From Oligoflexales bacterium (lineage in GTDB: Bacteria > Bdellovibrionota_B > Oligoflexia > Oligoflexales > JAPPIL01), in NCBI GenBank assembly GCA_965215515.1, contig OZ244057.1, positions 1,888,001-1,952,000 on the forward strand: a stretch of DNA of 64,000 nt. Reading direction: 5' to 3'. The translations under genes and the position numbers were made by a program. The first letter of the stretch is position 1, and each line of letters starts with the position of its first letter. Positions 1 through 10,601 of the stretch are shown one piece after another. Under the pieces are notes generated by a model. That model saw nothing but the letters and a program-made list of their open reading frames with translations. It did not search any database and was not told the DNA's origin.

Positions 1-845
1 TTACGCCCCGCAAAACCAAAAGTTTTCGCACGATAATTAGCGATAATAACATTGAGATCACTGGTTTTGAGCTCACGCACCGCACGCTTAATGCTGCCTG
101 CACCCTGATTGTAAGCCGTCACTGCCAGAGGCCACGTGCCGAGATAACGATAATTGCGACGCAACAACTTCGCCGCGGCACGTGTCGCCTTCAAAGGAGA
201 AATGCGTTCATCAACCAATCTGTTAAGATGCAAAAACTCCCGTGCCGTGTGCGGCATAAACTGCCAAACCCCCGCCGCTCCTGCTTTGGAACGAGCTTTG
301 TGATTGAACATCGACTCCACGAAAGTCATGCGCACCAACTCCTTAGGGACACGATGCTGCTGGAAGATTTCTTCCATGTGCGCCATAAACGGCTGCGCCC
401 TCCCTATGGCAGAGACGTACGTATCACGCAAACCAGACTGTGACCGCAGACGCACCCTGCCCTGCAATAAACGGGTAAGATCATGACGATAAACCTCATA
501 CAGCCGCTGCTCGATTGCCCCAAACTTGCGTGCCGCAAGACGATGCTCCTTAAACCGTCGCAGAGCTTTGCGATAACGCTCGACATACTTGTGGGCAACC
601 TTCTGGCGCTGCGACCAAGAAGGCACGGTGCGATACGGTGCACGACGAAAATCAATAACATCCACAATCATCTGCACCCGCCGCGTATCGTGCACCAAGG
701 TAACGGTTGACTCGTACTGCTCGAAAATAGCCGCCCAAAACCTCGCCTTCTCGGCCACCAGCCCACGCGCAGGAAAACGCGGTCCAAAGAGAAAACCCTG
801 CGCAACCGCAGCAGGCAACAACAACAAACAAATAACTGTTTTCAT
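1..845 (-). CDS. Lytic transglycosylase (SLT domain), runs off the window edge
   Basis: Manual minus-strand translation from ATG at 845: signal-like MKTVICLLLLPAAVAQG, then FVESMF..ARSKAGAAGVWQFMP and WPLAVTAYNQG (SLT motifs). Confidence 0.85.
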   Translation of the reverse strand, partial: MKTVICLLLLPAAVAQGFLFGPRFPARGLVAEKARFWAAIFEQYESTVTLVHDTRRVQMIVDVIDFRRAPYRTVPSWSQRQKVAHKYVERYRKALRRFKEHRLAARKFGAIEQRLYEVYRHDLTRLLQGRVRLRSQSGLRDTYVSAIGRAQPFMAHMEEIFQQHRVPKELVRMTFVESMFNHKARSKAGAAGVWQFMPHTAREFLHLNRLVDERISPLKATRAAAKLLRRNYRYLGTWPLAVTAYNQGAGSIKRAVRELKTSDLNVIIANYRAKTFGFAGR

Positions 846-876
846 GCGTGCCATTCCTATGCTACAACTCCAGCCG

Positions 877-950
877 CGGGGTGTGGCGCAGCCAGGTAGC
901 GTACACGTCTGGGGGGCGTGTGGTCGCTGGTTCGAATCCAGTCACCCCGA
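877..950 (+). tRNA. tRNA-Pro(GGG)
   Basis: CGGGGTG acceptor pairs with CACCCCG; anticodon arm CACGT-CTGGGGG-GCGTG; T-loop GGTTCGAATCC; CCA not encoded. Confidence 0.95.
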
Positions 951-952
951 TT

Positions 953-2215
953 TTAGTTACGACAACAGACAACGAAGACAAACTGACCGCCCTCATGATC
1001 AAGACTCACTAACCCGCGATAAAAATCATAACTGCCACCCGTCACCTGATAGACTTTCTCTTGCGCCACATCGTTGAGCGTGCCACTAATCCGTGCGGGG
1101 AAAACTACCTCCGCCTGCTGTGCCACACCATTATGCACCTGTAACTCAACCCCGAACTGCGCCCGCTGCCTACTCCCCCGCAAGCTCGGCACAAGCACCG
1201 CACCTACCTCAAGACGAGGGAACTTCTGACGCTTAAGAAAAATCTGACCGATTCTTCCATAGACTTTCGAATACCACACCCCGCCGATACCACGCCTATC
1301 CCACCTATTGAGCAACATAAACGCCTCGCTCTCTCCCTCATTGCCAAGCAACAACGGAGTCACGCCCCGCATAACCGCACGTCCCACACGATGCCGATAA
1401 ACAATAAACTCCTCGTCTCGCGGCGCACCAAAAAACAACGTGCTGACCGCAGTCGTAGTGCCTGACTCCCTGTCTTCCAGAAAAGCTACCCGCACATACT
1501 GAAAAGCATGCAAACGCTCGTGATGCAACACCCCATAATAGACACCAAAACGATCGATGCTGGCGTAGCTAACATCAAAAAGATTTTTTTGCAGCAGATT
1601 TTTAGAAGTATTCAACAAACCAGCTTCACTCTTCTCCACCAGCTGTTCCGTAAACACCTGGTGTGGAAACTCTGTGTGTGGTAGCCTAAAATCAGGCAAT
1701 GCCAACGGTCGTTGTGCCACAGGTAATGGCAAACTAAAATCGGTACGTGCACGCCTATACAAACGTAACTGCCCCTGCCCAAAACCATACACCACCACAT
1801 ACGCCTCTATCTCATCCTGATCCCATCTACCCTTCTTTACCACACGAATTTGCTGTTTCTTTTGCTCAAAACTCAACTGCTTATCATGCAAGATAATACG
1901 ATCATAGTAGGACGAAATAACCCGATAAGGCGCATCCTTATCCTGTGCCGCGGCGTAAACACGCAGCACACCAGCCAACTCCTGATGCCCATCCTCCTCA
2001 CTCCTCACCACCAAGTCTAACAAGGCGGGAAAACTTTTTTTCAAACGATCGTTCTGAAAAATCCCGACATAATGACTGCTGTGCAAATCTTGCACGTCAA
2101 TCAAGGGAAGAGGCTCAACTGGCGACACAGGTGCTTCTACCTGCTGAACGGTTGTTACACACGCAAGAGGCAAAAAAACAACCGATAGCCAAAGAAACCA
2201 CATCGCCACCCCCAT
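953..2215 (-). CDS. Hypothetical lipoprotein
   Basis: 420-aa ORF, hydrophobic N-terminus ending PLAC (lipobox-like), immediately downstream of sucA. Confidence 0.7.
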   Translation of the reverse strand: MGVAMWFLWLSVVFLPLACVTTVQQVEAPVSPVEPLPLIDVQDLHSSHYVGIFQNDRLKKSFPALLDLVVRSEEDGHQELAGVLRVYAAAQDKDAPYRVISSYYDRIILHDKQLSFEQKKQQIRVVKKGRWDQDEIEAYVVVYGFGQGQLRLYRRARTDFSLPLPVAQRPLALPDFRLPHTEFPHQVFTEQLVEKSEAGLLNTSKNLLQKNLFDVSYASIDRFGVYYGVLHHERLHAFQYVRVAFLEDRESGTTTAVSTLFFGAPRDEEFIVYRHRVGRAVMRGVTPLLLGNEGESEAFMLLNRWDRRGIGGVWYSKVYGRIGQIFLKRQKFPRLEVGAVLVPSLRGSRQRAQFGVELQVHNGVAQQAEVVFPARISGTLNDVAQEKVYQVTGGSYDFYRGLVSLDHEGGQFVFVVCCRN

Positions 2216-2217
2216 AC

Positions 2218-4887
2218 CTACGCAAACGCACTATCGACAATACGCCGCTGTGCAATCGTATGCGCTCTCATATACCCTTCGGCAGTCGTGCCAGAAGTTT
2301 TACGCCCAACGTAACGTAATTTAAATTTAGACAGGCAGGCTCGTAACCGCGGGCGGATAAAACTCCACGCCCCCATGTTCTGCGGCTCTTCCTGCACCCA
2401 CAGCAGCTCCTCAACCTGAGGATAGGAATTTATTATGGACAAAAAATTTTTTTCAGGAAACGGATACAGTTGTTCAAACCTCACTAAGGCAGTGTCGCTT
2501 AGTTTTAATTCAGCACGCCGCGCAGCTAATTCATAGAAAATTTTGCCGCTGCACATCAGAACACGAGTCACCTTGTCTGCTGCTACTGCGCGATCAGCGA
2601 TTACTTCCTGAAACGTGTGTCCTGACGTGAACATTGCGGGTACACAGCTGACCTGAGGATGGCGCAATAAACTCTTGGGACTCATAATAATCAACGGTTT
2701 TTGCCCCTCACGCAACACCTGTCGTCGCAAAAGATGAAAATATTGTGCAGCAGTAGTGGGAATCGCCACTTGCATATTGCCATTGCCACACAGCTGTAAA
2801 AACCTTTCGGGACGCGCATTGGAATGTTCAGGCCCCATACCCTCGTAACCGTGCGGCAGTAACATTACCAGTGCCGAACACTGCCGCCACTTCGCTTCCG
2901 ACGCGGCAATAAACTGATCGATAATTATCTGCGCTCCATTAGCAAAATCACCGAACTGTGCTTCCCACATGATTAAGGCCTGCGTATCGACAATCGAATA
3001 ACCAAACTCAAAACCAAGTGCTCCAAACTCCGACAGCGGACTGTTGACAACCTCCACTCTATCACCATAGGCACTGAATACCGACCAGGGCATACCATCC
3101 TTGACATCGACCGCCACGGCATGCCGACTGCTAAACGTACCCCGCTGACAATCTTGCCCCGCTAAACGCACATGCCGTCCCGCGCTTGCCAGTGTCGCCA
3201 TCGCCAACAATTCCGCCGTCGCCCAATCTATCTTACCCGCCGCCATCGCCTGACGCTGCGTAAAAATACGAGCAATTTTAGGATGTAAATTAAATTGTGG
3301 AGGCGGGGTCGTAATCGTTTGCAAAGTAGTAGCAAGCAATTCTGCCTGCACTGCGGTATCCACCTGCGAGATGTTTTTTTTGTTTTTGGGCTGCATATTG
3401 CCTGCCGCGGCGGGTTTCTTGACCAGCTTGTGTGCCTTTTCTAGCTCAGCTTTGTAAATGTTTTTCTCGCGATCAAAATCTTCTCCGCTGATAACACCTT
3501 GTGCTAACAACTGCTGGTGATAAATTTCTAAAACACGCGGGTGAGCGGCGATCTGTTGATACATCAACGGTTGGGTGAAAGCAGGCTCGTCGCCTTCGTT
3601 GTGCCCATGGCGACGATAACCGACAATGTCTATCACCACATCGCTGGCAAACTGCTGACGATACGCCAACGCCAGCTGTGCCGTCCATACCGCCGCTTCA
3701 GGATCATCGGCATTGACATGAAACACAGGAGCACGAATGGCCTTGACAATATCCGAACAGTAGTCGGTTGAACGTGCTTGACGTTGATCGGTAGTGAAAC
3801 CGATTTGGTTATCGATGATAATATGAATCGTGCCTCCCGTGTTATATGCGTCGAGTTTAGAAAAGTTGAGCGTCTCGAACACCACCCCTTGCCCTGTGAA
3901 CGAGGCATCGCCATGAATTAAGACAGGCAACACTTGCCTTGCCCCTCGCACCCGCTGTCGCCCTCGCACATAACCTTCTAAGACAGGGTTGACCGCTTCC
4001 AGATGACTAGGGTTAGGCAACAAACACAGATCGAGCTGTCGTTCGCCTACCCCTACCTTTGCCTCAAAACCAAGATGGTATTTAACATCACCGTCGATAT
4101 CGAACGAGTAACTGCTACTGCCTTCAAATTCCGTAAAGATATGGGCAAGATCTTTTTGCATAAAATTCGCTAAGACATTCAAACGCCCGCGATGTGCCAT
4201 GCCAATGCATATCTCAGCAATCTCACTTTCAACTGCCTGTGCCGACAAAAAATCAAGCAGAGGAATTAAAACATCACAACCTTCCAACGAGAAACGTTTT
4301 TGTCCTAAATAACGAGTGTGCAAGAAACGTTCGAACCCTTCCGCCGCCACAAGTTTGCGCATAATTTGTAACCGCTGTGGGCGCGTGAAAGAAGGACGAC
4401 CGAGATTTTTTTCTATTCTGCGTCCAATCCATACGACACGCTCTTCGTTGTTTATCTCCATAAAGTCTACCCCGATTGCCCCGCAATAACTGCGATCGAG
4501 GACATCGACAATCTCACTTAACGTAGCCGATGCCACCCCCGCTAAATCGGCAGGATAGAAAACATGGGCAACATCGACCGCATCGAGTTCGTAGGCATGT
4601 AAATCGAGATGTGCCTTGTATCTGTCGTAACGCTGGAGCGGATTGCGGCGGGCATAAAGATGCCCGCGGCGGCGAAAATGATTGACCATCGCCTCCACCC
4701 GAGCACTGTCGTGGTGGTCACGGGCTACTACAGACCCGTCAGGAGACAGCGCACCAGCGCGGTACTGGGCAAAATTTTTGAAAAAACGCTGCCACTCAGG
4801 GGTCAGTGCCGCGGCATCACGGCAATACAATTCGTATAAATTTTCGAGATAAGACAGGTTATGGCATAGAAGATTCAAATCTTGCAT
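2218..4887 (-). CDS. sucA: 2-oxoglutarate dehydrogenase E1
   Basis: KRFSLEG, GMAHRGRLN, GDVKYHLG, NPSHLEAV, HGDASFTGQG, WEAQFGDF, GPEHS motifs. Start placed at MQDLN, after the lpdA stop and a GAGAGG SD. Confidence 0.95.
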   Translation of the reverse strand: MQDLNLLCHNLSYLENLYELYCRDAAALTPEWQRFFKNFAQYRAGALSPDGSVVARDHHDSARVEAMVNHFRRRGHLYARRNPLQRYDRYKAHLDLHAYELDAVDVAHVFYPADLAGVASATLSEIVDVLDRSYCGAIGVDFMEINNEERVVWIGRRIEKNLGRPSFTRPQRLQIMRKLVAAEGFERFLHTRYLGQKRFSLEGCDVLIPLLDFLSAQAVESEIAEICIGMAHRGRLNVLANFMQKDLAHIFTEFEGSSSYSFDIDGDVKYHLGFEAKVGVGERQLDLCLLPNPSHLEAVNPVLEGYVRGRQRVRGARQVLPVLIHGDASFTGQGVVFETLNFSKLDAYNTGGTIHIIIDNQIGFTTDQRQARSTDYCSDIVKAIRAPVFHVNADDPEAAVWTAQLALAYRQQFASDVVIDIVGYRRHGHNEGDEPAFTQPLMYQQIAAHPRVLEIYHQQLLAQGVISGEDFDREKNIYKAELEKAHKLVKKPAAAGNMQPKNKKNISQVDTAVQAELLATTLQTITTPPPQFNLHPKIARIFTQRQAMAAGKIDWATAELLAMATLASAGRHVRLAGQDCQRGTFSSRHAVAVDVKDGMPWSVFSAYGDRVEVVNSPLSEFGALGFEFGYSIVDTQALIMWEAQFGDFANGAQIIIDQFIAASEAKWRQCSALVMLLPHGYEGMGPEHSNARPERFLQLCGNGNMQVAIPTTAAQYFHLLRRQVLREGQKPLIIMSPKSLLRHPQVSCVPAMFTSGHTFQEVIADRAVAADKVTRVLMCSGKIFYELAARRAELKLSDTALVRFEQLYPFPEKNFLSIINSYPQVEELLWVQEEPQNMGAWSFIRPRLRACLSKFKLRYVGRKTSGTTAEGYMRAHTIAQRRIVDSAFA

Positions 4888-4900
4888 CACGCCTCTCACA

Positions 4901-6286
4901 TCACAGATGCACCGCCCGTCCCGCAATACCCAACGCCGCTTCTTTGCTCGCCTCCGCCAGAGTGGGGTGTGCGTGCACGGTGCGCGCCACATCCTCGCTG
5001 CTGGCACGATACTCACGCGCCAGCGCTAACTCGGCGATCAACTCCGAAGCTTGTGCCCCGACGATATGCGCTCCTAGCATCTCATCGCTGCTGGTCGCAG
5101 CGACGATTTTGACAAATCCCTCGCTGTGCCCCGCAGCCAACGCACGCCCGTTAGCACTGAAAGGAAACTTACTCTCCTTCACCTGCACTCCCTGTGCCTG
5201 TGCTTGCGCCGCCGTCATGCCTAACCCTGCCACCTCGGGAAACGTGTAGACCACTGTGGGCACGGCATCGTAGTTGACATGCCCTGCCTGCCCCGCAATG
5301 TTCTCCGCCACCGCGACACCTTCTTCCTCGGCTTTATGGGCGAGCATCGCACCACCGATCACATCACCGATGGCATAGATACCCTCCACCGCGGTACGCC
5401 ACTGTCCATCGACGACTATCGTTCCACGTGCGTTGCAGCGCACGCCTACGTCGGCAAGTCCAAGCTCTGCCGTGTACGCCTGCCGTCCCACCGCAACCAG
5501 CACCTTGTCGAAATCCTGTTGCTGCTCGCCGTAGGTGAGGGTAACGCTGTCTTTGTGCACGGTAGCGGCGGTAAGTGTGGTGTTGAGGTGGAAGTGCACA
5601 CCTTGCTGGCGCATAATCGTCGCGATCGTCGCGGCACAGTCGCTATCCATCGCACCGAGTACCTGCGGTTGTGCTTCGATGATGGTGACCACACTGCCAA
5701 GTCTACTCCAGATACTAGCCATCTCCAAACCGATCACACCGCCGCCGATGACAGCCAGACTGGCGGGAACACGGGTGAAGGCCAGCGCTTCTGTCGAAGA
5801 GACGATATGCTTACCGTCGTATGGCGCGCTGTCGATAGCTATCGGGCTACTGCCCGTGGCGATGACGATGTGAGGCGCGGCGAGTGTTTGCTTACCGACT
5901 TGTAGTTTGTGAGGTGCGATAAATTTTGCCTGCCCGTGTACGACGTTGATGTTATTTTTTTGCATCAGATGGGCAATACCGCGGATTAATTTTTGCACTA
6001 CCCGCTCTTTACGCTGCTGCAAACGAGCGAGGTCGAGTTTGAGTTGGGAGCAGACAAGACCGTGCGCCGCAAAATCATGTTGCGCGGTGTAATAGAGATG
6101 CGACGATTCCAGCAGTGCCTTGCTGGGAATACAGCCGACGTTGAGGCATGTGCCTCCCAAAGCGGCACGGCTGTCGATAAGGCAGACCCGTAAGCCCAAT
6201 TGTGCGGCACGAACAGCACATACGTACCCGCCAGGGCCAGCTCCGATGACGATAAGATCGCAATTGCTCACCGCAGCAGTCCTCAT
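4901..6286 (-). CDS. lpdA: Dihydrolipoamide dehydrogenase E3
   Basis: [36 protein letters not shown]. Confidence 0.97.
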   Translation of the reverse strand: MRTAAVSNCDLIVIGAGPGGYVCAVRAAQLGLRVCLIDSRAALGGTCLNVGCIPSKALLESSHLYYTAQHDFAAHGLVCSQLKLDLARLQQRKERVVQKLIRGIAHLMQKNNINVVHGQAKFIAPHKLQVGKQTLAAPHIVIATGSSPIAIDSAPYDGKHIVSSTEALAFTRVPASLAVIGGGVIGLEMASIWSRLGSVVTIIEAQPQVLGAMDSDCAATIATIMRQQGVHFHLNTTLTAATVHKDSVTLTYGEQQQDFDKVLVAVGRQAYTAELGLADVGVRCNARGTIVVDGQWRTAVEGIYAIGDVIGGAMLAHKAEEEGVAVAENIAGQAGHVNYDAVPTVVYTFPEVAGLGMTAAQAQAQGVQVKESKFPFSANGRALAAGHSEGFVKIVAATSSDEMLGAHIVGAQASELIAELALAREYRASSEDVARTVHAHPTLAEASKEAALGIAGRAVHL

Positions 6287-7479
6287 ACCTTAAGCAAGAA
6301 GCGCATCGGATCTTCAAGCAATTCCTTCACCCGCACCAAAAATCCCACCGCTTGTTTGCCATCGGCAATGCGATGGTCGTAGGACAAGGCAACGTACATC
6401 ATGGGGGCGACGATAATCTGGTCATCAGCCGCAACGATGGGGCGTTTAGTTATCTTGTGCATCCCGAGAATGCCACTTTGTGGGGGATTGAGAATGGGGG
6501 TAGAGAGCAGCGAACCGAACACTCCGCCGTTAGAAATAGTAAACGTACCGCCTTGCATGTCATCGATGCTGATTTTGTTGGCACGTGCTTTACTGGCGTA
6601 GGCAGCGATCTGTGTCTCGATCATGTGCAGCGGCAAAGACTCGATACGTTTGATGACGGGCACTACCAAGCCGCGTGGCGTGGAGACGGCGATACCCATA
6701 TTGACATAATCGTGATAGATGATGTCGTGGTTATCCACAAAGGCGTTCAGTGCGCTGAATTCCTGCAACGCCTGCGCGCACGCCAGACAGAAGAACCCCA
6801 TGAAACCGAGATTGATGTCGTAGCGGCGTTTGAAGGTGTCCTGGTAACGTTGCCGACAGGTGACGACAGCACGCAGGTCGATTTCGTTGAAGGTAGTAAG
6901 CATCGCGGTGTCGTTGCGTGCCGCGACCAAGCGGGTGGCAATCTGTCGCCGCAACATCGACATCGGGACACGCCGCTCGCCCTTGTCAGAAGCAGAGCTG
7001 GACACGGGAGTAGGACTGGGTGCGGAGGCGGGGAGCACGTCTTGTTTTAACAAACGCCCGTCCTTGCCCGTGCCTTGCAGTTGTGTAGGGTCGAGTTGTT
7101 GTTCGCTGACGATGCGACGTACGGCGGGACTGAGCTTGGGTGCTGGCGTTGACGGAGGAGCACTTGTCGGGGGGGGGTTGCTTTGCGCTGCGGGAGATGG
7201 CTTGGGTTTGTTTTTTTTCTTGCTCCGCTGCCGCACGGGGGTGTGGCTGTCGTCGATAGTGGCGAGCACTTCACCGACCGCGACGGTGTCGCCTGCTTGT
7301 TTGAAAATGCTGAGCACACCGCTGTTTTCCGCCACTACTTCGACGGTTGCCTTGTCGGTTTCCAGTTCGACCAGCACATCGTCTGTCTTTACCTGTTCGC
7401 CGTCTTGTTTGAGCCATCTATGTACCATACCTTCGCGCACCGATTCGCCGACTGAGGGCACAACGATGTCAACCTTCAC
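6283..7479 (-). CDS. sucB: Dihydrolipoyl succinyltransferase E2
   Basis: Lipoyl domain ETDKA, E3-binding SPAVRR..GTGKDGR, catalytic SYDHRIADG. Confidence 0.97.
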   Translation of the reverse strand: MKVDIVVPSVGESVREGMVHRWLKQDGEQVKTDDVLVELETDKATVEVVAENSGVLSIFKQAGDTVAVGEVLATIDDSHTPVRQRSKKKNKPKPSPAAQSNPPPTSAPPSTPAPKLSPAVRRIVSEQQLDPTQLQGTGKDGRLLKQDVLPASAPSPTPVSSSASDKGERRVPMSMLRRQIATRLVAARNDTAMLTTFNEIDLRAVVTCRQRYQDTFKRRYDINLGFMGFFCLACAQALQEFSALNAFVDNHDIIYHDYVNMGIAVSTPRGLVVPVIKRIESLPLHMIETQIAAYASKARANKISIDDMQGGTFTISNGGVFGSLLSTPILNPPQSGILGMHKITKRPIVAADDQIIVAPMMYVALSYDHRIADGKQAVGFLVRVKELLEDPMRFLLKV

Positions 7480-7497
7480 GCAGTCCTCCAGATAGTG

Positions 7498-7869
7498 TTA
7501 CGGCGATGGTATCCCGTCGATGTAAGGATTTTCGTAAAAAACGTAGGTCGTGGAATAGTCGCTGATTTCAAAATACAGTTTGCGTTCTTTTTCATCGACA
7601 AGGTAGTTTTGATTCAAATCCAACACACCATAGCCATAGCGGTAGGGGCGGGAGATGTTGCCGCCTGAAGTCGACTCGGCGGTGGAAATCTTATCGATCT
7701 TGATGAAGCGATAGGCAACTTTGCCGCCGTTAAGGATATCGAGCACGCCGTTCGCTCCCGTCCAGTTTTGGATGCTGCGGGAAATGCGGTTCTGCTGTTC
7801 CTGTGTGCAGGAGAGCACAAGGTGCGTACAGCAAAACAGCAAAAGGTAGAGTAGGGTGTGCACATTCAC
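7498..7869 (-). CDS. Hypothetical lipoprotein
   Basis: GTG start just after the bactofilin stop, hydrophobic stretch, then VLSC lipobox-like. Confidence 0.65.
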   Translation of the reverse strand: MNVHTLLYLLLFCCTHLVLSCTQEQQNRISRSIQNWTGANGVLDILNGGKVAYRFIKIDKISTAESTSGGNISRPYRYGYGVLDLNQNYLVDEKERKLYFEISDYSTTYVFYENPYIDGIPSP

Positions 7870-7879
7870 CTTCGGGTAG

Positions 7880-8377
7880 TTAGGCACGGTTGATAATATT
7901 GACATCGGGCAGTTTATCGTTACCCACGGCGTGGGTCTCGCGCGCACTGAACTGCGGTTCATGTCCTTGCTGTGGCAACTCGTTTTGTTGGGCGGTCGCT
8001 TCCGACATGATGGCTTTGCCATCGAAGCATGCACCTTCCTTGATAACGAGGGCGGGGGTGGTTATTTCTCCCTGAAAATGGCTGTTCTCACACAGTTCGA
8101 TGCGTTTGTTGGCGCGCAACCTGCCGTTGACCTTGCCTAGTACGATCACTTCATCGACCACGACATCCGCCTCGACGCTGGCTTCTTCCTCGATAATCAG
8201 CAGTCCTTCGGAGACAACTTTACCCTGTATACGACCACCGATACGGCTCGCCCCTTTGCAGTAAAGTTTACCCTCAAAGTGGCAACCGCTGGTGAGAATG
8301 GTCACTGCGACCCCGCCGACGCTTGCCCCTTTGCGCTTGTTCTTGTGGGCAGATGCACGTTTTTGTTCAGAAAACAC
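7880..8377 (-). CDS. Bactofilin (polymer-forming cytoskeletal protein)
   Basis: TILTSGCHFEGKLYCKGASRIGG..GEITTPALVIKEGACFDG beta-helix pattern. Confidence 0.9.
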   Translation of the reverse strand: MFSEQKRASAHKNKRKGASVGGVAVTILTSGCHFEGKLYCKGASRIGGRIQGKVVSEGLLIIEEEASVEADVVVDEVIVLGKVNGRLRANKRIELCENSHFQGEITTPALVIKEGACFDGKAIMSEATAQQNELPQQGHEPQFSARETHAVGNDKLPDVNIINRA

Positions 8378-8489
8378 AGCTCACCTCCTCGTCCAGCAGT
8401 CCGTCTCGGCACAGCACGAGTCCTACCGTGCACACGGCAGAGACACTACGATTATATCACAGCCACACCGCCCGCTACACGGTAAAAAC

Positions 8490-8885
8490 TTACCGCTTGG
8501 AATACTGAAAGCGCTTGCGTGCCCCTGGCTGCCCTGGCAGTTTGCGTTCTTTTTTACGGGCATCACGGGTGAGGAGACCTTCTTTCTTGAGAACTTGTCG
8601 CCACTCTGGGTTGAGGGCGGCGAGGACACGAGCGATACCGTGCCGTGCCGCGCCTGCCTGGCCGTTCAGACCTCCACCACAGACGTTGATTTTGATGTCG
8701 AAACTGCTGACGTTGTCGGTTAACTCCAGCGGCTGCATGATGACCATCTTGGAGGTGGCACGCAAATAGTACTGGTCGATATCCCGCTTATTGACGGTAA
8801 TCTTCCCGCTACCCTCGCGCATCCACACCCGTGCGGTGGAAGTTTTGCGTTTGCCTGTCGCGGCATGCAACGCTGTTGCGCTCAA
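8490..8885 (-). CDS. rpsI: 30S ribosomal protein S9
   Basis: [22 protein letters not shown]-terminal QYSKR. Confidence 0.98.
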   Translation of the reverse strand: MSATALHAATGKRKTSTARVWMREGSGKITVNKRDIDQYYLRATSKMVIMQPLELTDNVSSFDIKINVCGGGLNGQAGAARHGIARVLAALNPEWRQVLKKEGLLTRDARKKERKLPGQPGARKRFQYSKR

Positions 8886-9319
8886 ACTTCATTCTCCTTC
8901 GCCGTCGCTCCGCACTGGGCGGCGTGGGGGTGGTCGCTACCCGCGTAAGTTTTTAATTTTTTTAATCTTCTGTCTTGCAATTTGTTTTTAGGCAACATGC
9001 CTTTAACCGCTTTGCGCAGCACGGCACAGGGGTCGCGGGCAAACAGCTCGGCGGCTGTGCTGGATCTAATCCCCCCCACGTAACCCGAATGTCGATAGTA
9101 ACGTTTCTGTTCCCACTTGCGACCTGTGAACTGCAATTGTGCACAATTGCAGACAACGACATGGTCACCTGTGTCGTGGTAGGGCACGTAGTGCGGGCGA
9201 TGCTTGCCCAGCAGTAAGCGTGCCACTTGGGAGGCCAGTCGCCCGACCGACTTGCCACTACCGTCCAACACCTGCCAGGCGTGCGGTACATCGGCTGGCC
9301 TTACTTTCGTGACGATCAA
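8882..9319 (-). CDS. rplM: 50S ribosomal protein L13
   Basis: [33 protein letters not shown]; precedes rpsI. Confidence 0.98.
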   Translation of the reverse strand: MIVTKVRPADVPHAWQVLDGSGKSVGRLASQVARLLLGKHRPHYVPYHDTGDHVVVCNCAQLQFTGRKWEQKRYYRHSGYVGGIRSSTAAELFARDPCAVLRKAVKGMLPKNKLQDRRLKKLKTYAGSDHPHAAQCGATAKENEV

Positions 9320-9348
9320 GCTTCACCTCCCTAACACAGCGGGGGGGG

Positions 9349-9378
9349 AGGCTATCGCAAGCACTACCTCCCTGTCAA
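9349..9378 (-). promoter_or_regulatory. Sigma70-like promoter of rplM-rpsI
   Basis: TTGACA-18 nt-TAGCCT on the minus strand upstream of a GGAGG SD. Confidence 0.55.
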
Positions 9379-9432
9379 GTTTTTCCTGAGTTCCAAAATC
9401 ATCTCTGTTTGATGAGCGAAGGTGTCGAGGGG

Positions 9433-9978
9433 TTACTGCCAATCGTTGCCCACGAAGACACGCGGCTGTAGTTCCGCCGACAGATCTGCAACGGCGATAA
9501 ACCCGAAGGACGACTGGGCAAACTCACCACCGATCGTGACCAGCAGCACCTCTCCCTGGCCTAGGGTGCGTACGGGGTTGGACGAAGCATCGGGCTGTTC
9601 ATAGACGTTGGTCTCCCCCATCGTATAACGCACAACTGCACCTTCGCCGCTCATCATCCCCGCATCGCCCATCATCCCCGCATCCATATCTGGGGCGGCG
9701 GGTACGTTTGCCTCTGTGTTTACCCCCTCGTCGTTCAGGAGCGGGTTCTCCGTCGCAACACTGCTATCCTCTCCACCAATCTGGTTGTCGAAGGAGGCTG
9801 TATTGTTCCCCAAGTCCTCTTCCTGGCCTATGGTCAACTCCTGATTGGCAAAGTTGTCGCCCACGTTGTCGGTAGTATTAGCCTCGTTGCTCACCTCTAG
9901 CTCTTCCTCGTCGCCCTGAAACCACGCGCAAGACGACATGCCTAATGCTAGTGCTAGTACCAGTAGTGCCCTGAACAT
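9433..9978 (-). CDS. Hypothetical acidic lipoprotein, possible C-terminal SH3-like domain
   Basis: GGGAGAGG SD, MFRALLVLALALGMSSC lipobox, acidic linker, NVYEQPDASSNPVRTLGQGE. Confidence 0.7.
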   Translation of the reverse strand: MFRALLVLALALGMSSCAWFQGDEEELEVSNEANTTDNVGDNFANQELTIGQEEDLGNNTASFDNQIGGEDSSVATENPLLNDEGVNTEANVPAAPDMDAGMMGDAGMMSGEGAVVRYTMGETNVYEQPDASSNPVRTLGQGEVLLVTIGGEFAQSSFGFIAVADLSAELQPRVFVGNDWQ

Positions 9979-10147
9979 ATGCGCCTCTCCCTCATGACGA
10001 TGAACCTTCACCCTCCACATCGTCACTTGCACTACAACCCTTAGTTTTTCCTGAGTGCCGTGGTGCGGTGTTGCCTTTGCCAACTAACTTAAGCCTTCTT
10101 TTTAAGATGTTGTATCTAAAATAGGAAGTTGTTGCCCGCGTTACAAT

Positions 10148-10600
10148 CTAGTTGTCTTTCAGTGCTCGCTTGATATCGAGGTCGGCTTGACGGCGACGGG
10201 CAGTCTCGCGTTTGTCGTAGAGTTTCTTGCCTTTGGCGAGGGCGATCTCGATTTTGACGTGTGCGCCTTTGAGGTAAACCCGTAGGGGCACGATAGTCAG
10301 GCCGCGCTCCTGCACCATCTGCCGCAAGCGGACTATTTCTCGCTTCTTGAGCAGCAGTTTGCGGCGGCGCTTCTCCTGATGGTTAGCACGGTTGCCGAAA
10401 CTGTAGGGGCTGATGTGCATTTCCATCAGGAAAGCCTCGTCGTGCTTGTCGATGTCCACCCAGCTATCCTTGAGGTTGCCGCGCGCGGCGCGCAGAGATT
10501 TTACCTCCGTGCCTTGCAAGACAACTCCCGCTTCCCAGCGCTCCATGATATGGTAGTCGTGAAAGGCTTTACGGTTGCTGATTAGGGTTTTGTCGCGCAT
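10148..10600 (-). CDS. smpB: SsrA-binding protein
   Basis: NRKAFHDY, EAGVVLQGTEVKSLR, GKKLYDKRE. Confidence 0.98.
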   Translation of the reverse strand: MRDKTLISNRKAFHDYHIMERWEAGVVLQGTEVKSLRAARGNLKDSWVDIDKHDEAFLMEMHISPYSFGNRANHQEKRRRKLLLKKREIVRLRQMVQERGLTIVPLRVYLKGAHVKIEIALAKGKKLYDKRETARRRQADLDIKRALKDN

Positions 10601-10601
10601 C

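Noticed and set aside
4888..5016. N-terminal extension of SucA given by the ORF track
   Set aside because: Overlaps the lpdA C-terminus; an SD supports the later start.
10084..10147. tmRNA next to smpB
   Set aside because: No GGGG..TCCACCA tRNA-like ends and not enough space.
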